Assembly (NCBI GenBank): GCA_046497275.1
Contig: JAWOFX010000015.1
Span: 1 to 16,080, forward strand
Reading direction: 5' to 3'
Length of the DNA stretch: 16,080 nt
Source: Promethearchaeia archaeon
GTDB taxonomy: Archaea; Asgardarchaeota; Lokiarchaeia; Sigyniarchaeales; SOKP01
The notes beneath the pieces were generated by a model that was given only the letters and a program-made list of their open reading frames with translations, was not told the DNA's origin and searched no databases. Both the position numbers and the translations under genes were made by a program. Shown in pieces: positions 1 to 7,857 of the stretch (its first letter is position 1; each line of letters begins with the position of its first letter).

Positions 1-174
1 TATCTTACTAAACCTGAAACTATTTTGAGTGATAAATACACGAAAGAACTAATCCAAGAGATATTACAGAAATATATTGAAATTCATGCAGAGCGCAAGA
101 AACACTTTTTTAGAACCGAAAGATTTAAAGTTAAAAAGGACTTTAGTATGGGTACAAAAAAGAAAGGGTTCTAA
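1..174 (+). CDS. 3' end of an unidentified protein (partial, runs off the left edge)
   Basis: Frame +1 is open from base 1 to TAA at 172-174 (YLTKPETILSDKYTKELIQEILQKYIEIHAERKKHFFRTERFKVKKDFSMGTKKKGF*). It is purine-rich like the other coding strands and converges on the next gene with a 2-nt gap. Not in the ORF track because its start is outside the window. Family not recognised. Confidence 0.65.
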   Translation, partial: YLTKPETILSDKYTKELIQEILQKYIEIHAERKKHFFRTERFKVKKDFSMGTKKKGF

Positions 175-176
175 TA

Positions 177-518
177 TTATTTAATTTTTGATCCGGGTGG
201 AACTTTTTCTCTTCTGTTTTCATCTAATTTGAGCAAAATGGGCTCATTTGAGACATCTGCGGCAAGCAACATCCCTTCACTTTTAAAACCCATTATCTTT
301 TTAGGTTTAAGATTCGTAAGCACAATTATTTTTTGATTTATTAATTCGTCTGGAGTATAATAGTTTCTTATCCCGGTAATAATTTGTCTATTTTTTTGCT
401 CTCCACAATCTACTGTTAATTTATATAAATTTCTGGAATTTTGAACATGCTCACAAGTCTTCACTAAACCAACTCTTATCTCTAATTTTTCAAAATCAGT
501 GTAATCAATCATTATCAT
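177..518 (-). CDS. Stand-alone tRNA-binding OB-fold protein (Trbp111/CsaA/MetRS C-terminal domain family)
   Basis: Family motifs: DFEKLEIRVG, LYKLTVDCGE..RQIITGI, YTPDELINQKIIVLTNLKPKKIMGFKSEGMLLAA. The second ATG (512) is the likelier start because AAGGAG (complement of 521-526) lies 8 nt upstream of it. Overlaps the trmI stop codon. Confidence 0.9.
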   Translation of the reverse strand: MIMIDYTDFEKLEIRVGLVKTCEHVQNSRNLYKLTVDCGEQKNRQIITGIRNYYTPDELINQKIIVLTNLKPKKIMGFKSEGMLLAADVSNEPILLKLDENRREKVPPGSKIK

Positions 519-1383
519 CTCTCCTTAATGGCATTCCTTCCATACTAATGGATATTTTTTTTTCTGGTTTAATAGCTCTATAGGGATTTTTTAATTCATG
601 TATTTTTCTTCCAAAGGTTAAATAGCCCGAATGACCAATCATCCTTCCATCTGGCCTGGTAGCATTTTTTTTAATTTTCATTTCCCGTTTTAAGAGTTCT
701 ATTGTTTTAATTTCAAAAAAATCATTATCTTGTAAGGCGAATGTAGTTTTTTTGACTTGCTCAATAGTGGGAGAAAAGGAAACTATAGAGCCACTCAATT
801 TCAAATATTTCTTGACTTTTTGAATAGCATCCCAAGGGGTCGCCATATCTAACACAATAGCATCAATATTTGTGTGGTTTAATTCATCTTTCAAAATGTT
901 TTTGCGTTCGATGCTCACAAATTCTTCTAATTTGGCATTTTTTATATTCCTTCGAGCTTGAATTAATGATTTTTCCCGGATATCATAAGAATAGATATGA
1001 CCATTTGGTCTTACATAACTTCCTAAAATACATGTTAACGCTCCAGAGCCTGTTCCTGCCTCAATTATTTTACTTCCAGGACCAATCCCTGCATATAATA
1101 AAATCAATCCTGCATCCTTTGGATATATTATCTGTGTTTTTCTGGTCATATGTAATATAAAATCAGAAGGTAAAGGTTTTAAAATATAAAATTTATATCC
1201 TTGGGTTTCATATGGTCTCGAAAATGTACATGTTCCATAAGATTTCCCAATAATGTCATCAAAATGAATTAGGCCCTTATGTGTATGAAATTCTTGCCCA
1301 GATTTTGCTTGAGTTAGCCATCTTCTCCTCTCATCTAAAACAATAAATACAAAATCTCCATTCTTAATCATATTTCCAGTCAT
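505..1383 (-). CDS. trmI: tRNA (adenine-N1)-methyltransferase TrmI/Gcd14 (m1A57/58)
   Basis: N-terminal FHTHKGLIHFDDIIG, TQIIYPKD, SAM-binding IEAGTGSGALT, LDMATPW, FSPTIEQV and HSGYL are all TrmI hallmarks. The start may be the ATG at 1371 (MIKNGD). Confidence 0.95.
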   Translation of the reverse strand: MTGNMIKNGDFVFIVLDERRRWLTQAKSGQEFHTHKGLIHFDDIIGKSYGTCTFSRPYETQGYKFYILKPLPSDFILHMTRKTQIIYPKDAGLILLYAGIGPGSKIIEAGTGSGALTCILGSYVRPNGHIYSYDIREKSLIQARRNIKNAKLEEFVSIERKNILKDELNHTNIDAIVLDMATPWDAIQKVKKYLKLSGSIVSFSPTIEQVKKTTFALQDNDFFEIKTIELLKREMKIKKNATRPDGRMIGHSGYLTFGRKIHELKNPYRAIKPEKKISISMEGMPLRRDDND

Positions 1384-1578
1384 TTTCGATCTAAAGTAGA
1401 TTCTAATATTGTTTTCTCACGTATATAGTAAATATAATAAAAGAAAAGGAATAAAAATTGCTAATTTACTGATTAAGTCTGTATTAAATAATTTTATAAT
1501 AGAAATTTGCTGGATTTCCGAAAAAAATAAATACTCAGAATTAAAATAGAAAGATTAAAGGTAAAAAATAAAAATCAT

Positions 1579-1592
1579 AAAGATTTTTAATA
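1579..1592 (+). promoter_or_regulatory. Putative BRE/TATA promoter for the coiled-coil gene
   Basis: AAAGATTTTTAATA is a purine run followed by a TTTTTAAT box about 50 nt upstream of the ATG at 1643. A near-identical element lies upstream of glyA. The AT-rich background limits certainty. Confidence 0.45.
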
Positions 1593-1642
1593 ATCAATAT
1601 CTGAATAGCCAACTATTTAGTACTTTTTAATTAGATTTTGAT

Positions 1643-2527
1643 ATGAGTCAAGATAACACAAATCATAAATCACAAACTTCTTTCCGGGATCTCCAATCTG
1701 CGATAGATTCAGCAAGGGATAAAAGGGATGATTTAAATCAAAAAACAAAAGATTATATTGACAAACTTCAAGAATTAGAATCAAAGATTGAAAATGTAAT
1801 AACTCTCGCTAAAAAAAAATATAAAAAGAAGCGAGACCACTGGAATAACAAAGTTGCAAAATTAAAAGATAAAAAAATTGAGTACAAGAATTTATTGCAT
1901 GATATTATTGGAGAAAAAAGAAACTTAGAACAAGAAATAAAACAAAATAAGGGACAATTCATTCCTACTAAAAAGATTGATAACAAAATTGATGGTTTGG
2001 AACGAAGAATAGAAACTGAAAATCTCTCTTTAGCCGAGGAAAATGCTATTATTGATCAAATCAGTGAGTTAGCGAAACAAAAGAATGACCAATTTGATGG
2101 AGATAAAAGTCAGGATCTTTTGAAGAAAGAGAAACAAATAGAGATAGTTAAGATCAATTTAAACAAAATCTACGAGCAATTAGAAAAGTGGTCAAATAAA
2201 AGTCAAGATTATCATAATAAAATGCTTGCTGCCTATGATAAAGCGAATGAACTAAAAGACAAAAAGAAAGAGATTGAGGAAAAATTAATTGAAAATAAGA
2301 AAAAGGCAGATAAATTTCACGAAAAGTATCTCAATTTGATGAAACAGAGAAAAAGTAGGAATCGAGGACGTTCTTATAAACAAAAGAACTATTCAAGGCG
2401 AAAGAAAAAGAATGATAAATTGGAAAAAATTAAGCAAGATAAATTAGCCACTGCTTTAGAGAAACAAAAAGCAGGAAAGAAGTTGAATATTTATGAAGCG
2501 AGATTAATTTTAGAGGATAGAAAGTAA
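1643..2527 (+). CDS. Conserved archaeal coiled-coil protein (COG1340-like)
   Basis: Rich in K, E and Q with heptad-like runs (RDKRDDLNQK; KIDNKIDGLERRIETENLSLAEENAIIDQISEL). The C-terminus ALEKQKAGKKLNIYEARLILE resembles the 'K..GeKLt..dl' end of this archaeal family. Confidence 0.75.
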   Translation: MSQDNTNHKSQTSFRDLQSAIDSARDKRDDLNQKTKDYIDKLQELESKIENVITLAKKKYKKKRDHWNNKVAKLKDKKIEYKNLLHDIIGEKRNLEQEIKQNKGQFIPTKKIDNKIDGLERRIETENLSLAEENAIIDQISELAKQKNDQFDGDKSQDLLKKEKQIEIVKINLNKIYEQLEKWSNKSQDYHNKMLAAYDKANELKDKKKEIEEKLIENKKKADKFHEKYLNLMKQRKSRNRGRSYKQKNYSRRKKKNDKLEKIKQDKLATALEKQKAGKKLNIYEARLILEDRK

Positions 2528-2558
2528 TATTTGAAATTATTCTGTAATCAAAAATCTT

Positions 2559-2566
2559 TTTTTTGG
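2559..2566 (+). terminator. Putative oligo-T archaeal terminator
   Basis: A T-run (ctttttttt) lies about 30 nt after the stop at 2527. Archaeal intrinsic termination occurs at oligo-U tracts. Confidence 0.35.
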
Positions 2567-2654
2567 TAAGATATAATATTGGAATAATTAAATGACGTAC
2601 TAAAAATAAAAGTGGATTAATTTTCACTCATTTAAATTTTAATAAATATTTGGT

Positions 2655-2668
2655 AAAAAGTTTTTAAT
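2655..2668 (+). promoter_or_regulatory. Putative BRE/TATA promoter for glyA
   Basis: AAAAAGTTTTTAAT has the same form as the element at 1579-1592 and lies about 68 nt upstream of the TTG start. Confidence 0.4.
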
Positions 2669-2735
2669 TCCATCTTATCCTCTATAACAAATATCATTTT
2701 TTAAAGTAAAAAAAAAAAAATTGTATTGATCTAAA

Positions 2736-4064
2736 TTGAGTAAAAAATTAACTGAAATTCGTTCTATCTTACAAGAACACTCAAATATGTTGAAAAATGC
2801 GATACCACTTATCGCATCTGAAAATGTAACGAGTCCCGCGGTTGATGAAGCTTGTGCTTCAGATTTCAGTCATCGGTATGCAGAAGGATGGGTTGGAGAG
2901 CGTGTATATGCCGGAACTAACTATATTGATCAAATAGAGACTAAATGTATGGAGCTTGCCAGAGAATATTTCAATTGTATATATGCGGATGTGCGCCCTA
3001 TCTCTGGTGTAGTGGCTAATTTAGCCTTATATAACGCATTTACTTCACGAAATAATGGAAGAATGCTAATAATTCCAATTCCGAAGGGGGGTCATATTTC
3101 CCATGCTCCAAAATATACAAAGAGTGGAAGGGCGATTTACGGAACAGCTGGAACGGTAAGGGGGTTAGAGGTAGAGTATATGGCGTTTGATGAGGAGAAT
3201 ATGAATATAGATATAGACAAAACTGCCGAGATAATTAGAGAATTTAAGCCAGAATTAGTTCTATTTGGTGCGTCTGTATTTCTTTTTCCTCATCCTGTAA
3301 AGGAATTAAGTGAAGTGGCAAAAGAAATAGATGCTTATGTTGCATATGATGCGGCGCATGTAGCAGGTTTAATAGGTTCTGGGTATTTTCAAGATCCACT
3401 TCGAGAAGGCGCAGATGCAATGTCATTAAGCACCCATAAAACGCTTCCTGGACCTCAGCATGGTACAGTATTAACTGATCGAGAAGATTTGGTTGAGGAG
3501 TTAAAATCAAATTCATTTCCTGCCTTATTATCAAATCATCACTTACATAACGTTGCCGGTTTGGCAGTTGCTTTAACAGAAATGTTGGAATTCGGGAAAA
3601 AATATCACAAAAATGTTATTGAAAATGCAAAAGCATTTGGGGAAGCTTTACATGAAAGAGGATTCAATGTGTTATGTGAACATCTAGGATTTACGGAATC
3701 TCACCAAATCGTGGTAGATATTACTAACTTTGAGAAATCAATCGGTCTTGGAGGAGATATTGAACGAAGGTTAGAAGAGGCGAATATAATCATAAATCGA
3801 AATTTACTTCCATGGGACATTCGGGAGGGTCGACATTATATGAATCCGGGAGGATTAAGGTTAGGTACATCCGAAGTAACGAGATTAGGGATGGGGAAAA
3901 GCGAAATGGCTGATATTGCTGATTTCTTCACTCAAATAATAGTTGATCAGAAAGATCCGAAGAAAGTGAAGGAAGATGTCGCAGAATTTAGAAGTAACTT
4001 TCAAACGATTAATTACTGTTTTCAGGAACAGAACCAAGCATATGAATATTTAGAATTTTATTAA
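2736..4064 (+). CDS. glyA: Serine hydroxymethyltransferase, archaeal type
   Basis: LIASENVTSPAV, YAEG, GGHISH, DAAHVAGLI, the PLP-lysine motif STHKTLPGPQHG, NRNLLPWD and GLRLGTSEVTRLG. An in-frame TGA at 2727-2729 bounds the ORF, and TTG 2736 gives the usual N-terminal length. Confidence 0.97.
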   Translation: MSKKLTEIRSILQEHSNMLKNAIPLIASENVTSPAVDEACASDFSHRYAEGWVGERVYAGTNYIDQIETKCMELAREYFNCIYADVRPISGVVANLALYNAFTSRNNGRMLIIPIPKGGHISHAPKYTKSGRAIYGTAGTVRGLEVEYMAFDEENMNIDIDKTAEIIREFKPELVLFGASVFLFPHPVKELSEVAKEIDAYVAYDAAHVAGLIGSGYFQDPLREGADAMSLSTHKTLPGPQHGTVLTDREDLVEELKSNSFPALLSNHHLHNVAGLAVALTEMLEFGKKYHKNVIENAKAFGEALHERGFNVLCEHLGFTESHQIVVDITNFEKSIGLGGDIERRLEEANIIINRNLLPWDIREGRHYMNPGGLRLGTSEVTRLGMGKSEMADIADFFTQIIVDQKDPKKVKEDVAEFRSNFQTINYCFQEQNQAYEYLEFY

Positions 4065-4173
4065 TAAAATCACTTCTATTTTTTCATTACATATTACAAA
4101 AATTTTTCTTATATCTTTCTTTATCAAATATAATTCAATTTTATCTTCTAATTATTATAATATTTGATTAACG

Positions 4174-5010
4174 ATGGAACTCGAAATTCTTGATCAAGAC
4201 GAACAAACCCTTCAGTTTATCGTCAAAGGAATCTCAATTGAAATGGTTAATGCGTTACGGCGAATTATGATAGGATGGCTACCCTCTATGGCAATTGATG
4301 AAGTGATAATCCTCAAGAATGACTCGCCATTATATGATGAGATATTGTCACATCGAATTGGACTTATTCCTTTAACCACAGACTTGGAGTCTTATAATCT
4401 TCCAGAGGACTGTGAGTGTGGTGGGTTTGGGTGCCCTTCTTGCCAGATCTCAATCACTTGCGAGGTTCAAAACGATTCCAAGAACAATCTGGTTGTTTAT
4501 TCTGGAGATCTCAAAACTAATGACCCTAATATCGTCCCAGTAAATCCGAATATCCCTATTGTCAAAATAGGTAGCGGCGAGTCTCTTATTTTTGAAGCTT
4601 ATGCAGTTTTGGGAAGACCTAGAAATCATGTGAAATGGCAATCAGTAGCAAATGCATTTTATCGATATTTACCAACAATCGAATTTGATGATAGCAAATG
4701 TAAAGATTGTCCAGATAAATGTATTGTCTCACGCATGTGCCCAGAAAATCTTTTTGAGTATACAGAAGGGAAAAAATCATCCCAATTGGTTGATGATTAT
4801 TGGAAAACATGCACATTGTGCAAGTCGTGTGAGACAAATTGTCCAGAAGAAGCTATAGATGTTAATTATGAAGAAAATGCATTTCTTTTTACTGTCGAAA
4901 GCGATGGAGTATTACCATTTGACGTGATTTTAAAGAAGACATTTGAAATTTTTATATCTAAAATTGATGAATTTCTTGAAAAGCTGGAACAAGCGGAGAT
5001 ACAAGATTAG
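4174..5010 (+). CDS. rpoD: DNA-directed RNA polymerase subunit D (Rpo3) with Zn site and ferredoxin-like Fe-S domain
   Basis: MVNALRRIMI, LPSMAIDEVII..NDSPLYDEILSHRIGLIPL, VYSGDLKT, IPIVKIGSGESL..EAYAVLG...HVKWQ and FTVESDG. Cys clusters are CECGGFGCPSC, CKDCPDKC...MCP and CTLCKSCETNCP. Confidence 0.97.
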   Translation: MELEILDQDEQTLQFIVKGISIEMVNALRRIMIGWLPSMAIDEVIILKNDSPLYDEILSHRIGLIPLTTDLESYNLPEDCECGGFGCPSCQISITCEVQNDSKNNLVVYSGDLKTNDPNIVPVNPNIPIVKIGSGESLIFEAYAVLGRPRNHVKWQSVANAFYRYLPTIEFDDSKCKDCPDKCIVSRMCPENLFEYTEGKKSSQLVDDYWKTCTLCKSCETNCPEEAIDVNYEENAFLFTVESDGVLPFDVILKKTFEIFISKIDEFLEKLEQAEIQD

Positions 5011-5017
5011 TTCAATC

Positions 5018-5031
5018 AAAAATTTATTAAA
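5018..5031 (+). promoter_or_regulatory. Possible internal promoter for rpl18e-rpl13-rps9
   Basis: AAAAATTTATTAAA is BRE/TATA-like and sits in the 62-nt rpoD-rpl18e spacer. Confidence 0.3.
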
Positions 5032-5072
5032 TTATTAAATTTTATACTTATATATTCTAAGCATTAAAAAAA

Positions 5073-5438
5073 GTGGTAGTTGTGTCTCATAAAATAACTG
5101 GACCGTCAAATTATTATGTAAGAAAATTAATCAGAGAGTTATGGAAAACAAGGCGAAATATCTGGAGAACTCTTTCGAAGAAATTAAGTGGTGCAAGAAA
5201 GAACAGAGTGGAAGCAAATTTAAAACGGATAAATAACAAAACAAAAGCTGAAGATGTTATTGTTGTTCCAGGGAAAGTCTTAGGAGTTGGTGATTTAGAT
5301 CATAAACTAACTATCGCTTGTCTTGATTGTTCAAGATCTGCTCGCGAAAAAATTCTAAAATCTGGAAGTACCCTTTTATCTATTGAAGAATTATTAGCAG
5401 ATAATCCAGAGGGTTCTGGAGTAAAAATATTTTATTAA
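5073..5438 (+). CDS. rpl18e: 50S ribosomal protein L18e (eL18)
   Basis: TGPSN, IWRTLSKKLSGARKNRVEANLKRIN, VVPGKVLGVG, LTIACLDCSRSAREKI and ELLADNPEGSGVKI. The start is GTG at 5073 or 5082. Confidence 0.95.
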   Translation: MVVVSHKITGPSNYYVRKLIRELWKTRRNIWRTLSKKLSGARKNRVEANLKRINNKTKAEDVIVVPGKVLGVGDLDHKLTIACLDCSRSAREKILKSGSTLLSIEELLADNPEGSGVKIFY

Positions 5439-5458
5439 AAAATTATATGTGAATAAAT

Positions 5459-5935
5459 ATGGCAGAAGATCATTTATTATTTGACGCAACGGATAAAATA
5501 CTTGGTAGGTTCTGTTCTCAAATAGCTAAGAAAGCACTCTTAGGAGAACATATAGTAATCATAAATGCGAAAGATGCGATAATTAGTGGGAATAAGAAAG
5601 ATGTATTTGAGAATTATTTAGCAAAATTAAATATTCGAACTTCTACAAACCCAACGAGAGGACCATTTCATAAAAGAAGACCAGACACTTTTATGAAGAG
5701 AGTGATAAAACAGATGATCCCTCGAAAAACGGTGCGAGGAAAAGAAGCAATAAAACGAGTTCATGTCTATATTGGGGAAATTCCAGAACGATTCAAAAAA
5801 AAATACCAAAAATTAGTTCCTCGAGAACTTCCTAATTGCGATAAAAAACGTTTAAATTATTATAATAAGTTCGTAAGTCTTGAAGAGCTATGTGACCAAA
5901 TTGGACAATGGAAAATGGAAAAAATTGAGGTATAA
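5459..5935 (+). CDS. rpl13: 50S ribosomal protein L13 (uL13)
   Basis: DATDKILGRFCSQIAKKALLGE, INAKDAIISG, NPTRGPFHKRRPD and MIPRKTVRGKEAIKRVHVYIG. Position between eL18 and uS9 is the conserved archaeal order. Confidence 0.96.
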   Translation: MAEDHLLFDATDKILGRFCSQIAKKALLGEHIVIINAKDAIISGNKKDVFENYLAKLNIRTSTNPTRGPFHKRRPDTFMKRVIKQMIPRKTVRGKEAIKRVHVYIGEIPERFKKKYQKLVPRELPNCDKKRLNYYNKFVSLEELCDQIGQWKMEKIEV

Positions 5936-5940
5936 AGAAA

Positions 5941-6351
5941 ATGTCAATGAAAGTAATTCAAACATCAGGAAAGAGAAAAACTGCGATTGCGAGAGCAGTA
6001 TTAAGACATCCTGCCAAAGGGCGTATTCGAATAAATAATGTACCATTAGAGATATATGAGCCTGAAATAGAAAGATTACGAATTCAAGAAGTCTTAGAAA
6101 TTATCAATAATCCGAAGATTGAAAAATGTGATATTGATGTGAAAGTTCAAGGCGGGGGTATTTCTGGGCAAACTGATGCAGTTAGATTTGCAATAGCTAG
6201 AGCATTGAGCAAATTTTTAGGGACAAAAAAAGTAGAAAATATCTTAAGAGATTATGATGATGCTTTATTAAGTGGAGATGAAAGAAGAACAGAACCAAAG
6301 AAATTCGGCGGTAAAAAAGCACGAGCACGAAGACAAAAATCTTTCCGTTAA
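5941..6351 (+). CDS. rps9: 30S ribosomal protein S9 (uS9)
   Basis: SGKRKTAIARA, GRIRINNVP, VKVQGGGISGQTDAVRFAIARAL, LLSGDERRTEPKKFGGKKARARRQKSFR. Confidence 0.97.
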   Translation: MSMKVIQTSGKRKTAIARAVLRHPAKGRIRINNVPLEIYEPEIERLRIQEVLEIINNPKIEKCDIDVKVQGGGISGQTDAVRFAIARALSKFLGTKKVENILRDYDDALLSGDERRTEPKKFGGKKARARRQKSFR

Positions 6352-6375
6352 AATTTTTCTAATTCTATGTAATTT

Positions 6376-7704
6376 TTAAGGTATCTTTTTTATATTAGCA
6401 CCTAAACTTTTTAAATCTTCAATAAAATGAGGATAAGAATCATTTACTATTTCAATATCATGAATAAGTGTCTCGTTTGAAGCATATAATCCCGCAATTG
6501 TAAAAGCCATAGCAATTCTATGATCATTTCTATGATTGATAGTTGTACCACAAATGTAGTTTGAATGATGGATAATAATTCCATCTTTTAATTCTTTAAC
6601 TTTTACCCCCATTTTCTCTAATTCTTCTGCCATTCCTGAAATTCTATCGCTTTCCTTTACTCTTAAATTTTCTGCATTATATAATTTTGTTTTTCCGGAA
6701 GCAAATGCACCAATTACTGATAATATAGGAAATAAATCTGGAATATTTGAGCAGTCGATGTTTATTCCTTTAAGAGGATTTTTATAGATATTTCCATTGA
6801 TTGATACGCTTTTCTCTTCTGGATTGATCTCTATATGTGCGCCCATTTCTTTTAAGATTTCAATAAATTTTTTATCTCCTTGAGGATTCTGAAAATCAAG
6901 ATTTTTAATTACAACTCTCGAATTTTCTGGGGACAGAACAGCTGCAGCAATAAGAAAAGATGCTGAGGAGAAGTCAGCTGGAATTTTATATTCCTGAGTT
7001 CTAACTTTTTGACCGGTTTCTATTATGTATTTAATCAATCCGTCAGAACCTACTCTCTCACTAATATTTATTCCAAAATCTTTAAGAATGTCGAGAGTTA
7101 TTTGAATGTAAGGATAAGAAACTGCTTTAGTGGTTAATTCGATTTCTATAAATCCTATTTTTTCACACTGGATTAATGGAGATAATATTAACAATGCAGT
7201 AATTAATTGTGAACTAATATCTCCTCTAATCAGAATAGGATTACAGATGAAGTCTTTTCGTTCTATTGAAAGAATTTCACCCTCAAAAGAATATTCTGCC
7301 CCAAGATTTTTTAGAGCTTCTAAAAGGGGTTCAATTGGTCGATTCTTTTTGAAAAATTCCCCTTTTAAGCTTAATCCTCCCTTTATTAATAATGATAAAG
7401 CACTAAAAATACGTGCGCTTGTACCAGAATTCCTGCAATCTAAAGGAGTAGATATTATTTCTGAAAAGTTTTCTTTTCCAGTGATTATATATATCTCATT
7501 AAATTGAGACAAAATTTTAACACCTAATTTTTTCAAAATATCGATGGTAACTTCAACATCTCCAGAGATTAGTGGATTTTTGAGAATAGAAACTCCTGGA
7601 GCAAGTCCTGCCAGTATAAAAGCTCTATGTGAATAGCTTTTAGATCCAGGTGGTTTAATTTCACCATTTAGGCTATTAGTTTGTGTAGTTATTTTGAGAT
7701 CCAT
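6376..7704 (-). CDS. aroA: 3-phosphoshikimate 1-carboxyvinyltransferase (EPSP synthase)
   Basis: PPGSKSYSHRA, CRNSGTSAR, RPIEPLLEALKNLGA, ISSQLITALL, PADFSSAS, PDLFPILSV, LRVKESDRI and DHRIAMA. Confidence 0.96.
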   Translation of the reverse strand: MDLKITTQTNSLNGEIKPPGSKSYSHRAFILAGLAPGVSILKNPLISGDVEVTIDILKKLGVKILSQFNEIYIITGKENFSEIISTPLDCRNSGTSARIFSALSLLIKGGLSLKGEFFKKNRPIEPLLEALKNLGAEYSFEGEILSIERKDFICNPILIRGDISSQLITALLILSPLIQCEKIGFIEIELTTKAVSYPYIQITLDILKDFGINISERVGSDGLIKYIIETGQKVRTQEYKIPADFSSASFLIAAAVLSPENSRVVIKNLDFQNPQGDKKFIEILKEMGAHIEINPEEKSVSINGNIYKNPLKGINIDCSNIPDLFPILSVIGAFASGKTKLYNAENLRVKESDRISGMAEELEKMGVKVKELKDGIIIHHSNYICGTTINHRNDHRIAMAFTIAGLYASNETLIHDIEIVNDSYPHFIEDLKSLGANIKKIP

Positions 7705-7769
7705 ATACTAATAAATAGAATCATATGGTTTTATTTTTAATTATAACCTTTTTTAATCTAAATAGAATT

Positions 7770-7791
7770 AAATCTAATGAATTTTAGATTT
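7770..7791. repeat. Inverted repeat in the aroA/aroC divergent spacer
   Basis: AAATCTAA-tgaatt-TTAGATTT has perfect 8-bp arms (7770-7777 and 7784-7791) with a 6-nt spacer. The repeat is directly seen; any function is inferred. Confidence 0.5.
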
Positions 7792-7857
7792 TCAAAAAAA
7801 TGAAAATGTTAAAGAATTCTAAAATATATTAAAAATCATAAATAAAGTGTTTATTAA

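Noticed and set aside
2708-2720. A13 homopolymer upstream of glyA as a phase-variation switch
   Set aside because: It is non-coding, A/T runs are common throughout this window, and no length variation can be assessed from one sequence.
5011-5072. Possible tRNA between rpoD and rpl18e, where some archaea have one
   Set aside because: The spacer is only 62 nt, almost all A/T, with no GTTCRA T-loop or acceptor stem.
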